Shown here: piece by piece, positions 46,834 through 57,106 of the stretch
Numbering within the stretch: position 1 is the stretch's first letter
How the letters are laid out: each line of letters starts with the position of its first letter
Virus record (IMG/VR): IMGVR_UViG_2595698888_000001
Span: 1-64,000 of that record
Length of the DNA: 64,000 bases
Strand: one strand, 5' to 3'
From: a virus
Taxonomy: Duplodnaviria > Heunggongvirae > Uroviricota > Caudoviricetes
Translations under genes and position numbers: made by a program
The notes under the pieces: model-generated
Databases searched by the model: none
Seen by the model: the letters and a program-made list of their open reading frames with translations, nothing else
What the model was told of the DNA's origin: nothing

Positions 46834-47078
46834 TGATTGTAGCAATTTATATTCAAAGTGAATCTTGTGACAAATATCTTGAATTATTTGTTAATGAAAG
46901 TGTTCACGAAATCAAAGAAAAATTATATGAAAACATGGAAATGTATGAGCCTGTTTGCGAATATGATGTAGTCTTTGATGAAAGTACTACTGATAAAGAA
47001 AAACTTTCTGTCCATGAAATGTTGTCTGATTGGTATGACGATTCTTGGAATAGTGACGACGAAGAAGAAGATTATTAA
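46833..47078 (+). CDS. hypothetical acidic protein (81 aa)
   Basis: ORF. Confidence 0.5.
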   Translation: MIVAIYIQSESCDKYLELFVNESVHEIKEKLYENMEMYEPVCEYDVVFDESTTDKEKLSVHEMLSDWYDDSWNSDDEEEDY

Positions 47079-47084
47079 GTTCGT

Positions 47085-47107
47085 GGGGAACAGTAGTTCC
47101 CTATTTT
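47085..47107 (+). terminator. terminator-like hairpin
   Basis: gggaacagtagttccc + tatttt. Confidence 0.4.
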
Positions 47108-47122
47108 AATTGAGGAAAACAC

Positions 47123-47764
47123 ATGACTACTATTGAAGCAATTGAAGCACGTATTGAAGAATTAGCAAGCAAACGTGCGGCGAACCAAGCACTAATGCAG
47201 CCCATGTTCAAAGAAAACAGTGCACTTACTGACGAGATTCAAGAACTGCAAGCTCAAGTACTAAAACTAAAAAGCGAAGCGATTGAAACTGAAGAAGATA
47301 TGATTAAGTTCTATATCGTGAACGATGGTTGTTCTAATGGTATGGATCATTATCATGCACGTAATCGTTTCTTTGAATCTATCGGGCTTCGAACTTGCGG
47401 TTATTTTCCAGCAACTAATCAATGTGGATTTGAACTGATGTTATATAAGGACGGTTCTAATCTTGAACAAACATTGAGCGGGATTGAAAAAGTACTACCA
47501 TATATCATCCCAATTGATGGGGAAGAATATGACCGTAATAAAGTAATTACCATGTCCATTTTTGAACGAACCTGCTCAGAGTACGGTTGCTATTCATTGG
47601 TATATGATGTTGAAAGTATTGAATGGATATTGTCAAAGATTGCATGGCATCGTCGTAGTGAACTTAAAGTGTTTAAAACTTTACGTGAAGCACTTGAATA
47701 CATTAGTGCTAATCATTATTACGGATATGATGACGAAGAACAATCTGATGAAGAAGAATATTAA
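47123..47764 (+). CDS. hypothetical protein with N-terminal coiled coil (213 aa)
   Basis: RBS ttgaggaaaacacATG. Confidence 0.55.
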   Translation: MTTIEAIEARIEELASKRAANQALMQPMFKENSALTDEIQELQAQVLKLKSEAIETEEDMIKFYIVNDGCSNGMDHYHARNRFFESIGLRTCGYFPATNQCGFELMLYKDGSNLEQTLSGIEKVLPYIIPIDGEEYDRNKVITMSIFERTCSEYGCYSLVYDVESIEWILSKIAWHRRSELKVFKTLREALEYISANHYYGYDDEEQSDEEEY

Positions 47765-48543
47765 TGACACATGTAAAGATAATTAATGTTCCCGATGATA
47801 AAGATTTATATATCATCGGAGATATTCATGGAAACTATAATTTCTATGAAGCAACCTTACGAGAATTAGGAATCACTGATGACGATGTAATAATCAGCGT
47901 GGGTGATTTGGTTGATCGCGGCACAAATAATGCAAAAATGTTGCATGAATTTTTAACTAAAGAAAATCGATACATGGTACTTGGTAATCATGAATCGATG
48001 ATGATTCAGGCACAATCAAGTCGTGAATGGAATTTGAATTGGCTTCATAATGGCGGTACTACTACGCTTGAAGAAATTGGACAAGCAGGTATTTCACATT
48101 TTTGTGAAATGCTTTCAGATATTCCACATCTTATTGAAGTGAATCATCGTGGATATAAATTGGGTATTGCTCATGCAGGAATCCCACATTATCCAAGTGT
48201 TAGCGATTGGGATACAATCAAAGAATGGGCTGAAACAAATGCAGAGTACCGACACCAGTTAATTTGGGATCGTGATGCTATTCAGTACGCAATGTTTGAT
48301 TATGATGTTCCTGAAGCAGAGAAACTAGAACGTATTATTAATGGTGTTGATTATGTTATTCATGGTCATACTGGAGTTCCTAATAAATTCCAGTTCGGAA
48401 ATCGTGTTTGGATTGATACTCAATTCAGAGCTAATAAATTCACTCTAGCATATATGGACACGGAAACACATTTCATGAAATTTAAATCAGTACTTCCCGA
48501 TCTGTGGGGTGCAGATCAAGGATATACAATAGAGGAACTATAA
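47764..48543 (+). CDS. Ser/Thr protein phosphatase (lambda PPase/calcineurin-like metallophosphoesterase)
   Basis: GDIHGN, GDLVDRG, GNHE motifs in order. Confidence 0.75.
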   Translation: MTHVKIINVPDDKDLYIIGDIHGNYNFYEATLRELGITDDDVIISVGDLVDRGTNNAKMLHEFLTKENRYMVLGNHESMMIQAQSSREWNLNWLHNGGTTTLEEIGQAGISHFCEMLSDIPHLIEVNHRGYKLGIAHAGIPHYPSVSDWDTIKEWAETNAEYRHQLIWDRDAIQYAMFDYDVPEAEKLERIINGVDYVIHGHTGVPNKFQFGNRVWIDTQFRANKFTLAYMDTETHFMKFKSVLPDLWGADQGYTIEEL

Positions 48544-48848
48544 TGAAAGAATTAAAAGTACGATCAAAGTTGCAAGAAGAACCATATTTCCAACCATTTA
48601 TTATCACCAATCCTGAAATTATAGAAGAAGTCGATTTTACTATGAACACAGTACTAATCGCATTCGATAATGATACATACCATTCAGAAACGTTAATTTT
48701 AGGTAAACCAATTATCCATATCGATGGAACAACGACTACCATCATTGATTATTACTACACAATCAAAGATGATAAATTTAACCGCCGTACCACATTGTCA
48801 ACATTAATTGCTGGCGGCGTTACTGTTTTTGTAAAGGAAGCTTATTAA
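48543..48848 (+). CDS. hypothetical protein (101 aa)
   Basis: RBS agaggaactataATG. Confidence 0.5.
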   Translation: MKELKVRSKLQEEPYFQPFIITNPEIIEEVDFTMNTVLIAFDNDTYHSETLILGKPIIHIDGTTTTIIDYYYTIKDDKFNRRTTLSTLIAGGVTVFVKEAY

Positions 48849-49306
48849 TGCGTTTATATAGTATTACAAACATGTACATGGCTGGTGTTCATGCTGGTAT
48901 TCAAACACAACACAGTACTGGTGAGATGTTTCTAAAATATCCACACACTACACCACAACATAGTACTATTATGACATATCTTCAGTTCCATAAAACAACG
49001 ATTGTTGTAAATGGTGGAATGCACGATAATCTAATGTCAATTTTGGCGTTGATGGAAAAATGGGAAGCAGAAGAAGAATATGAAGTACTTCCATTTGCAC
49101 CATTCTTCGAGCCAGGCGTAAATAACGCACTAACAAGTATCAGTATAATTATGCCACAAGATGCGGTTGATTATATGGATGCAATTCGCAAAACTGCACC
49201 AGATTCTGAAGAATATAGTAAATTAAAACTCGCCATGTATAATTCATATGGTCGTTATGGCATTCCAGTTTTGGAAACATTAGCATTCTTACCACTAGCA
49301 AAATAA
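48848..49306 (+). CDS. hypothetical protein (152 aa)
   Basis: ORF. Confidence 0.55.
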   Translation: MRLYSITNMYMAGVHAGIQTQHSTGEMFLKYPHTTPQHSTIMTYLQFHKTTIVVNGGMHDNLMSILALMEKWEAEEEYEVLPFAPFFEPGVNNALTSISIIMPQDAVDYMDAIRKTAPDSEEYSKLKLAMYNSYGRYGIPVLETLAFLPLAK

Positions 49307-49316
49307 GAGAAAAACA

Positions 49317-50537
49317 ATGGTAGCTATTCCAGAGAAATTTTATGTAACACGTGTATATCGGTCAGCAGAAGAAGTACTAGGATGGATGGTGGTTGCTGAT
49401 AAAGAGCACACGAAAGCATTCAAAGATGCAAAAGTCAAAGCTGATGCTTGGGCTACTCCATACCGCCGTTATGGTCAAACCACTGAAGACCCAGGAATGG
49501 AACCAATTTATGTTGATAATAAACCACGTAAGGGTTTCCGAATGGTTACTAATGTTAGCCGTTACAGTACTTCTAACGTTGTTTGGCGTATCATGCATCC
49601 AGAAGGTTTCGAGTTTGAAATCACTTCAGACAATCTATGTGATCTTCTGGAAACTAATACGATTGTAGAAGGTGAATTTCAGGATGAACTTTTCTTCACT
49701 CACAATAAAAAATTAGTCAATGAAAAAACAAAATTATTTGCTGACCTAATCGCACGTGAAGAAAAGAAAAAAGAACAGAAAGAAAAAGCCAAAGAAATGT
49801 TCATCGGCACTCGCCTGGTTTATGAACATTATAAAGGAAATAGAACTTTCATTTATTGTGGCAAAGCACATGCTATTACTGTGAATAACAACAAGCCATT
49901 CCAGTTAAGTGCAAAAAGTTCTTTGCGTTTTGTTGTTCAGGAAGTAAGTACTGGTAATTATCATATGCTTAGTTCAATTTCTGACGATTATAAAATTGTT
50001 GAACAATATGAAAATGACAATATCGATATGTCAGATGTTGTTCAAAAGTTTAATGAGCAAATAAAAGATTCAACAAAGAAAAAGTCGCAGTACTATGACC
50101 CTAGCTATATTCCTAATGCTGTTGTGCCTATTTTTGCTTCGGTTAAACCATACAAACGTGAACAACTGAAGATTGAATATAATCCAGTAGACCCAAAAGA
50201 AATCCAATATATTGGTGGGGATAAGATTTATCTTCATAATAATTCTATGATTTTCGGATTCGCATGGAATAGTCATTATAATTGGGAAGAAACTTCAGAC
50301 CAATCATATTACGGCACACATCATACTATGACGCATTTACGCACTTATCCAATTGGTGGAGTAGATGATAAGGGTTATCCAGCACTTGATATTGATATTA
50401 CCAATCATCGTCAGATTGGGTCTTATCGTAGTGATAATATTTTTGCACCAATCCGCCGTGATTATCAGGGAATTAGGCTAGACACTGTACCAATGCCAGA
50501 AGAAGTTCTTATGGGTCATTATGTAATCGGGGAATAA
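49317..50537 (+). CDS. hypothetical protein (406 aa)
   Basis: long ORF. Confidence 0.6.
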   Translation: MVAIPEKFYVTRVYRSAEEVLGWMVVADKEHTKAFKDAKVKADAWATPYRRYGQTTEDPGMEPIYVDNKPRKGFRMVTNVSRYSTSNVVWRIMHPEGFEFEITSDNLCDLLETNTIVEGEFQDELFFTHNKKLVNEKTKLFADLIAREEKKKEQKEKAKEMFIGTRLVYEHYKGNRTFIYCGKAHAITVNNNKPFQLSAKSSLRFVVQEVSTGNYHMLSSISDDYKIVEQYENDNIDMSDVVQKFNEQIKDSTKKKSQYYDPSYIPNAVVPIFASVKPYKREQLKIEYNPVDPKEIQYIGGDKIYLHNNSMIFGFAWNSHYNWEETSDQSYYGTHHTMTHLRTYPIGGVDDKGYPALDIDITNHRQIGSYRSDNIFAPIRRDYQGIRLDTVPMPEEVLMGHYVIGE

Positions 50538-50562
50538 TATTCCCCTTGTTAAAGGATATAAC

Positions 50563-51978
50563 ATGTCTGTTTTAGATATTATTTTAAAAATTAAAGAAAC
50601 TGCTAGTACTAACGCAAAGAAAGATATTCTGTCAGAAAACATTAATAATGATGATTTGAAACGTGCAATTAAATTAGCACTTGAACCATCTATTGTTAGC
50701 GGTATTAAAAAGATTCCAGAACCAATTAGTACTGACAAAAAACTAACTCTTTCAGAAGCACTTGACGCACTTGACGCACTATACACTCGTTCAGTTACAG
50801 GTAATGCCGCTCGGCAATTCCTTGGTGAATTACTTGGTTCTGTAAGTGAAGATGATGCTGATGTTGTTCGTCGCGTCGTACTGAAAAATCTTGACTGTGG
50901 TATTCAAGAGAAAAATGCAAATGACGTATTCGGTAAGAACTTTATTAAAGATGAACCTTACATGCGTTGTTCTCTAGTGACTGAAAAAACCATTCCAAAT
51001 ATTACATCTTTCAAAACTCATGGTTATGCAGTTGCTGAAATTAAAATGGATGGTCAGTATTTAAACAGTGCTGTTGTCAATAATACATTGCTTTGTACGT
51101 CACGAAATGGTAAAATCTATGACTTCTTGGGTCATAAAGATGATGACATGATTTTCCTTGCACAAAATGTGCAGCGTCTAGATGACCGATTTGAAAATGG
51201 TGTTGTTTTCAATGGTGAATGTTTAGTACTGGATACTGATGGTAATATTCTACCTCGTGAAACAGGTAATGGTATTATTCAGAAAGCTGGTAAAGACAGC
51301 ATCACCAATTCAGAAGCAATGCGTGTAGTATTTGTTCTATGGGATGTATTGCCATATGATGCATATATGGATGGTATTTGGGAAGTAGAACGTAAAGAAC
51401 GTCGCGAACTTCTTGAAAACGCAATCAGTGCGTTGGATTCTGAATATGTACGATTAGTTGAATATCGTAAAGTACAAGATATTGGTGAAGCCTTTGATTA
51501 TAATACTGAAGCTATTGAACGTGGTGAGGAAGGTGTTATTCTTAAATGTGAAAGTGCTATCTGGAAATCACATACATCACCAAAACAATTAAAACTAAAA
51601 TTAAAAATGCAGTTCGATCTTCGCGTTATTGGTTATCGTCCAGGTGAAGGTAAACGTGCTGGTTTGATTGGTGCATTAATTCTACAATCCGAAGACGGGA
51701 TTATCGAAGTAGGATGCGGAACTGGTATCAAAGAAAAAGACCATGAATGGACATTCACAACCATGATGGAGCGTTGGGATGAAATTGATGGTGGTATTGC
51801 TACTGTAGAAAGTACTGCATTAACTCGTGATAAACGTACTGGAAAAATGAGTATATTCTTACCAGTATTTGTTGAATTCCGTTTTGATAAAGATACGGCT
51901 GATACATATGAACGTATTCTTGAAATAAAAGAATCAGCAGTGCATGTACTTCGTGAGAAATTGGCTCGTCTAGAATGA
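50563..51978 (+). CDS. ATP-dependent DNA ligase (T4 gp30 family)
   Basis: VAEIKMDGQ adenylation motif I, EGVILK motif, overall architecture and length like T4 ligase. Confidence 0.85.
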   Translation: MSVLDIILKIKETASTNAKKDILSENINNDDLKRAIKLALEPSIVSGIKKIPEPISTDKKLTLSEALDALDALYTRSVTGNAARQFLGELLGSVSEDDADVVRRVVLKNLDCGIQEKNANDVFGKNFIKDEPYMRCSLVTEKTIPNITSFKTHGYAVAEIKMDGQYLNSAVVNNTLLCTSRNGKIYDFLGHKDDDMIFLAQNVQRLDDRFENGVVFNGECLVLDTDGNILPRETGNGIIQKAGKDSITNSEAMRVVFVLWDVLPYDAYMDGIWEVERKERRELLENAISALDSEYVRLVEYRKVQDIGEAFDYNTEAIERGEEGVILKCESAIWKSHTSPKQLKLKLKMQFDLRVIGYRPGEGKRAGLIGALILQSEDGIIEVGCGTGIKEKDHEWTFTTMMERWDEIDGGIATVESTALTRDKRTGKMSIFLPVFVEFRFDKDTADTYERILEIKESAVHVLREKLARLE

Positions 51979-52397
51979 TTATCTATACAAACTTTGGTAC
52001 AAATGAAGAAGTTGTGTTTATTGTTCCTCCTATTGTGGAGGAATATAATAGTTCTTCAGTCTTTGACCGTTTTAATGAGCGTATGTCAAATGGAATGTCC
52101 CGCTATTTTTCAAGCACATTCGTCTTACACTGTAATGAAATTACGGTGTATGATTGTTGTACAGAACAGTACCTTGAATTAAAAAACAGAAGAAGACCAC
52201 TTGACACAGGATGGCAACGTGGTACAATAGCAGCACGGTTGAAAAACAACTTTAAACTTGGAACTTTTCATAATGGAGAAGAATTTTCCCCATTTGGACA
52301 TAGAACTGATTTTCGTACAATAACGGTCTATCCAGAAAGTACTGAAAATCTGGAAGAATATTTAAGGAATTTAGATGAAATTTATCACTTTTTCTGA
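51975..52397 (+). CDS. hypothetical protein (140 aa)
   Basis: ATGA overlap. Confidence 0.5.
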   Translation: MIIYTNFGTNEEVVFIVPPIVEEYNSSSVFDRFNERMSNGMSRYFSSTFVLHCNEITVYDCCTEQYLELKNRRRPLDTGWQRGTIAARLKNNFKLGTFHNGEEFSPFGHRTDFRTITVYPESTENLEEYLRNLDEIYHFF

Positions 52398-53166
52398 TAC
52401 GCATGATTCGGTTGATTTTATTAATAATGTTACTGGAAATAAAGATGCTATTCTTTTACTTCCTGGTGATATTGGTGAAGTTCGCCGTTTTAATAAGTAC
52501 AGAAATATGATTGAAATACTTTCTTCTAAATTCAAAGAAGTGCTTTTGGTTCCTGGTAATCATGAGTACTATCGTTCAAATATAACAAAAACGCATCGAG
52601 TACTTAAAGAACTCGACGAAGAAATTTCTAATTTTCATTTCCTTCAGAATGACTTTCGTATATTTGATGATGTATTAATATTGGGCGGTACTTTGTGGAC
52701 AGATTATGATAACGGTAATCCTCTTACTAAGCTACATGCTCGGTTGGGAATGAACGATTATAAATGCATCAGGCATGGCGATCCATCAACGTACTGGCAT
52801 CATCGGATTACACCTGAAGAAATTGAATTTTTTCATTACGAAACAAAAACTTTTTTGCAGAAATGCCTTGACAAACAGCGTGAAGTATGTCAAAATACAA
52901 AAACGGTGATAATGACGCACCACGCTCCAAGTTTTAACAGTGTAGATCCGCTCTACCGTGATGATAATTTGAATGGTTGCTACTGTTCAAATATGGATTA
53001 TTTTGTCGATAGTTTAGGTGCAGACGTTTGGGTACATGGTCATATTCATGCATCACATGATTACATGATAGGCGATACTCGCGTGATATGTAATCCACGT
53101 GGATATACCTTTGGTGTACAACATGAAAACAGTGCATTTAATAGTACTATGACATTTGAGGTGTAA
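52375..53166 (+). CDS. calcineurin-like metallophosphoesterase
   Basis: FSDTHD, LPGDIGE, VPGNHEY, ...HGHIH motifs. Confidence 0.7.
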   Translation: MKFITFSDTHDSVDFINNVTGNKDAILLLPGDIGEVRRFNKYRNMIEILSSKFKEVLLVPGNHEYYRSNITKTHRVLKELDEEISNFHFLQNDFRIFDDVLILGGTLWTDYDNGNPLTKLHARLGMNDYKCIRHGDPSTYWHHRITPEEIEFFHYETKTFLQKCLDKQREVCQNTKTVIMTHHAPSFNSVDPLYRDDNLNGCYCSNMDYFVDSLGADVWVHGHIHASHDYMIGDTRVICNPRGYTFGVQHENSAFNSTMTFEV

Positions 53167-53167
53167 T

Positions 53168-53608
53168 ATGGCAGGGAATGATGCACTAACAAGACTTATG
53201 TCTATGGTTGCTAACAATACGAAAGTGACCATAAATGATCAAACCATGTCTTTCAGTGAGATGGTTATCAAGAAAACATCCGATGGGGGAACTGTTGTAA
53301 TGGTCGATGGTTTGCCTGTCGTGGGTGATGAAATTGAGATCAATATAGAAGTAAATGGTGATGTTGAATCTATCATATTAGGTTCAGGTACTGTTACTTG
53401 TATTAATGTAAACAACGGCGTTAAAACCGTCTCTGGTGATGTTATGTGTGAAGATGTTCATGGAAACATATCAACAACATCAGGCGACGTTAAATGTAAA
53501 GATGTTGCGGGGAACGTATCAACTGTTTCTGGTGATGTTAATGGTAACACAATTGGTGGTAACGTAAGTACCATTTCTGGTAATATTTCACATAAGGGTA
53601 AAGCTTAA
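53168..53608 (+). CDS. beta-helix repeat protein (bactofilin-like V/SGDV repeats)
   Basis: repeats TVSGDVMCEDVHGNISTTSGDVKCKDVAGNVSTVSGDVNGNTIGGNVSTISGNI. Confidence 0.45.
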   Translation: MAGNDALTRLMSMVANNTKVTINDQTMSFSEMVIKKTSDGGTVVMVDGLPVVGDEIEINIEVNGDVESIILGSGTVTCINVNNGVKTVSGDVMCEDVHGNISTTSGDVKCKDVAGNVSTVSGDVNGNTIGGNVSTISGNISHKGKA

Positions 53609-53609
53609 T

Positions 53610-54302
53610 ATGTTCAATAATTCAATTCTCGACACAACTGATACTACTCCATCCAACTACAGCATTCCTATTGTTCTGGAACGTTCTGCTGATGGTGAAC
53701 GTTCTTACGATCTAGCATCTCGCATGATGGCAGAACGCATCATTATGATTGATTCTGATTTCAATGCACAGATGGCACACATTATCAAAATGCAACTTAT
53801 GTATCTTGATTCACGTGATAAAAAACCAATTACCATGTATGTAAGCTCCCCAGGTGGTTCTGTACACGATGGTCTAGGTATTAAAGATGTAGCTAAGAAC
53901 TGCCGCTCACCAATTAAAACTATCGTAATGGGTTATGCTGCAAGTATGGGTTGCTACACTCAATCCGTAATGGGTACACCTGGTATGCGTTTGATGGGTG
54001 CAGATTCCTTTATTATGGCACACCAAGTATCCTCTGGTACTAAAGGTCTAATTACTGATCAGAAAATTGCATTACAACATTCTGAACGTTTGAATGAACT
54101 TCTAACTAAACAGATTGCTGAAGCAGTTGGTGTTTCTCACGAAGACTTCCTAAAAGATGTTGATCGTGATTTGTGGCTAAATGCTGAAGAAGCACTTAAC
54201 TACGGTACTAAAGGTTTTGTAGATGGTATTCTTGTTGGCGAACGTAACGAGAAAGGTCAATACAAAGTAAAACGTCGCGATGGTTCTTTTGATTGGGTAT
54301 AA
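53610..54302 (+). CDS. ClpP-family serine protease
   Basis: IPIVLERSADGERSYDLASRMMAERII...YVSSPGGSV...MGYAASMG matches ClpP fold and Ser-His region. Confidence 0.75.
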   Translation: MFNNSILDTTDTTPSNYSIPIVLERSADGERSYDLASRMMAERIIMIDSDFNAQMAHIIKMQLMYLDSRDKKPITMYVSSPGGSVHDGLGIKDVAKNCRSPIKTIVMGYAASMGCYTQSVMGTPGMRLMGADSFIMAHQVSSGTKGLITDQKIALQHSERLNELLTKQIAEAVGVSHEDFLKDVDRDLWLNAEEALNYGTKGFVDGILVGERNEKGQYKVKRRDGSFDWV

Positions 54303-54318
54303 TTTAAAAATTTAACTT

Positions 54319-54606
54319 ATGAATAAGATTCTAGTACGGGGGAACGAGGTTCCCCAAAACTCTGAAGAAATTAGTACTTCAGAATTCATGAATGTAGCAC
54401 TAGCTCAAATTGCTAGTACTGCATTATCAGTACAAAGTTCTGATGAAGCGGAACCAGTACTAACCGCAATGTCCGATATTTTGGAGTTGATGTGCGAGTA
54501 TTTAAAAGCTAAAAATATCGCACCAGATTCATTATTTGAACATGTAGAAGAATTACGAAATACACAAGGAGCTTTCAACAAGAAAGTTGCAGTACTAAAG
54601 GACTGA
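54319..54606 (+). CDS. hypothetical protein (95 aa)
   Basis: ORF. Confidence 0.5.
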   Translation: MNKILVRGNEVPQNSEEISTSEFMNVALAQIASTALSVQSSDEAEPVLTAMSDILELMCEYLKAKNIAPDSLFEHVEELRNTQGAFNKKVAVLKD

Positions 54607-54610
54607 TTTA

Positions 54611-55069
54611 ATGGCTGGAAACAACAATCAATACAATCTTGGCTACGCTTTTTTCCAAGATAAAAATAACGAAGTTCTTTCGAATGATCAACTAAAGCAG
54701 ATGCACCCACTTTTCCGTGTTGGTTATCGTGCTGCTCAAGAAGATTACATGAAGAAGAACAATCGTAATTTCCCAACGGTACTAGCAGATATTCCTAAAC
54801 GGAATGAAGTGTTTGTACCTGACTGGAATGATATTCTTGCAGCAACTCGTCGCCCACGTTTTGATAAGCTTCATAATGTACCAGAGCTTGCTCCAGTACT
54901 GAATGAGATTATTAAATCCGTTGAGAATAAAAAGAATCAAATTAAACGTTATTCTGATGTAGTGCGTTTGGTTAATGAAGCTTTTGACGTAGTGCTTCAA
55001 TATGGATACGAAAGTGGTATTCTAGATGAACACGATCTAAGCAAATACAACTATTCTCCAAAGAAATAA
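54611..55069 (+). CDS. hypothetical protein (152 aa)
   Basis: ORF. Confidence 0.55.
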   Translation: MAGNNNQYNLGYAFFQDKNNEVLSNDQLKQMHPLFRVGYRAAQEDYMKKNNRNFPTVLADIPKRNEVFVPDWNDILAATRRPRFDKLHNVPELAPVLNEIIKSVENKKNQIKRYSDVVRLVNEAFDVVLQYGYESGILDEHDLSKYNYSPKK

Positions 55070-55074
55070 AATTC

Positions 55075-55103
55075 AGGCCACTTAATTGTGGCCTTTTCTT
55101 TTA
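55075..55103 (+). terminator. rho-independent terminator
   Basis: aggccacttaattgtggcct + tttctttt. Confidence 0.55.
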
Positions 55104-55113
55104 AGGAACACTT

Positions 55114-55677
55114 ATGAAATTAAAGGCTTATACACCAGAAGAAACTGATGAACTTCTGTACAAATTTATCGTGATTGCAACGTATGTTAAGGACATTAAC
55201 GAACGTGCTTACCAGATCATGAGTGGTCGTTATGCTGAATACCTTGAAAACTTTTCGTGGTCAATATTCAAATGGACTCCCGTAGAGTTTGAAGAATTTA
55301 CTAACAAACTAAGCTGCTGGGATAAACCGCACTTTCAACGCAGTTATATAGATCCACGCTTTGATACGAATGATCTTTTCAAAAATAATTTATTTAACGA
55401 AGAAATGCAAATCTTTCGTGGTTCATCCTGGACAAAATATTATGATGATTTTATGGTTAAAAAAGGTTGCAAGAAGCTTTCTGAAGAAGAATTCAATATT
55501 TTGTATGAATCTGCTGATTGTGTGAATTCTTTTGTCATCGATTATGATTTACGTAAAAAATACACTGCACTAATAAAATACGCACACAAGCCGTTTGAAT
55601 TTGATGAATCAGATATTCCGTGGTTAGAACGCATTGATAACCTATATAAAAAGGCGATAGCATGGAATTCAAATTAA
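55114..55677 (+). CDS. hypothetical protein (187 aa), member of 3-gene tandem family
   Basis: C-terminal KYAHKPFEFDESDI shared with 56179 ORF. Confidence 0.55.
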   Translation: MKLKAYTPEETDELLYKFIVIATYVKDINERAYQIMSGRYAEYLENFSWSIFKWTPVEFEEFTNKLSCWDKPHFQRSYIDPRFDTNDLFKNNLFNEEMQIFRGSSWTKYYDDFMVKKGCKKLSEEEFNILYESADCVNSFVIDYDLRKKYTALIKYAHKPFEFDESDIPWLERIDNLYKKAIAWNSN

Positions 55678-56189
55678 CAGAAAGACAATCTTACGAAATC
55701 CTAAAACATTTAGGTAACTATCGTTCTATTATTGAGAAGGTTAATGCTGAAGCTTATGATATTTTAGAACGATATTATGAGCGTTATATATCTTCGCCAA
55801 AAAATTATTGGTTTAAACCAATGAGTAAGCGAAAGTTCCTTGACAAAATATGCAAAGGTTCTAGTAACATTAATACTCGAACTGATTTCGGCTGGAGAAA
55901 AGAAATTTACTCTTATAATTTTGCTGAAATTAATATTGAGTATCTACGCAAATTTGGTATTGCAGTTGAACCAATTGCTAATATGATTATTGATGAAGCA
56001 TTAGCATGTCCATCTATTAGTTCAAGTTGTGTTGAAGATGTAGATAATATGTATAATCTTTTGATGACATACAGTACTCCACCATTTATTGCAGATACTG
56101 AACTGTTAAATATGTTTCATGAAGTAAAAGAATGCAATGAAAAACGAATTCAATTACTGGAAAATATCGGAATAAAATATGAACTTTGA
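55662..56189 (+). CDS. hypothetical protein (175 aa), probable family member
   Basis: similar size/architecture. Confidence 0.5.
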   Translation: MEFKLTERQSYEILKHLGNYRSIIEKVNAEAYDILERYYERYISSPKNYWFKPMSKRKFLDKICKGSSNINTRTDFGWRKEIYSYNFAEINIEYLRKFGIAVEPIANMIIDEALACPSISSSCVEDVDNMYNLLMTYSTPPFIADTELLNMFHEVKECNEKRIQLLENIGIKYEL

Positions 56190-56673
56190 AACTTTGAGTG
56201 TTGAACAAACAAAAGTGTGGATTGAGAACATTCAAAAAACAATTGCTCTTGCAACTGCACTTGAAGATTACATGGATAAGCGTATGACTCAAATGGATGA
56301 AGAATACGCAGCAACATATCATAATGGCTGGCGAAAGTTCTTTTATGATAAAGATTACTGGATTAGTTCTTCTGGTTATGCCTATGCTATGGGTGGAATG
56401 CGTAAGGCTCGTCATGTTACCAGTTTGACCTATGCAGAAGTACTGTTACGGTACTTTGTGCATACGTATAATAAAGGTGAAAAAACTGAGTATGATGAGA
56501 CGTATGAACGTTGGTCTAAATATGCTAAGAAACCATTTGAAGTTCATGAAAGTGATATTATGTTTTATCAAAAGATGAAACGTTTTCATCATGAAGCACA
56601 AGAACTAGCAAAAAAATTAGGGATGGAATATGAAGCATTCAACTTGGATGAAGATTGCAAAGATCGTAGCTGA
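56179..56673 (+). CDS. hypothetical protein (164 aa), family member
   Basis: KYAKKPFEVHESDI motif. Confidence 0.55.
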   Translation: MNFETLSVEQTKVWIENIQKTIALATALEDYMDKRMTQMDEEYAATYHNGWRKFFYDKDYWISSSGYAYAMGGMRKARHVTSLTYAEVLLRYFVHTYNKGEKTEYDETYERWSKYAKKPFEVHESDIMFYQKMKRFHHEAQELAKKLGMEYEAFNLDEDCKDRS

Positions 56674-57103
56674 TGAAAGTAAATGTGTATCACAACATGT
56701 GGGTGCGGTGATTGTAAAAAATGATCGCATTGTAAGTACTGGATATAATGGTACACCATCAAAACAAGAAAACTGTTGTGATGCAAATGCACATTTAGTA
56801 CACAATGGTGAATTTCAAAATTGGGTATCAGATGATGCAAAACATGAGCATCATACCTGGAGCCAGTTACATGAATTACATGCTGAACACAATGCTCTTT
56901 TATTTGCAAATCCCCTTGACAGGGAAGGAGCAACATTGTATTGTACACTACAGCCATGTTTCGTGTGTTCACTACTAATTGCTGGATCTGGTATTAAGCG
57001 TGTGATCTATGAAACTGAATATCACCGTACACCAACAGAAGCACTTGATGTTTTGAAAAATGCTGGTATAATTGTACAAAGATTATCAGATGTTGAGGAA
57101 TAA
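56630..57103 (+). CDS. cd: dCMP deaminase
   Basis: HAEHNAL and PCxxC zinc-binding motifs of CMP/dCMP deaminase. Confidence 0.8.
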   Translation: MKHSTWMKIAKIVADESKCVSQHVGAVIVKNDRIVSTGYNGTPSKQENCCDANAHLVHNGEFQNWVSDDAKHEHHTWSQLHELHAEHNALLFANPLDREGATLYCTLQPCFVCSLLIAGSGIKRVIYETEYHRTPTEALDVLKNAGIIVQRLSDVEE

Positions 57104-57106
57104 AAA

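Noticed and set aside
53610-54302. Prohead protease call for ClpP homolog
   Set aside because: No capsid/portal genes nearby within the window, so only the family assignment (ClpP-like) is made.
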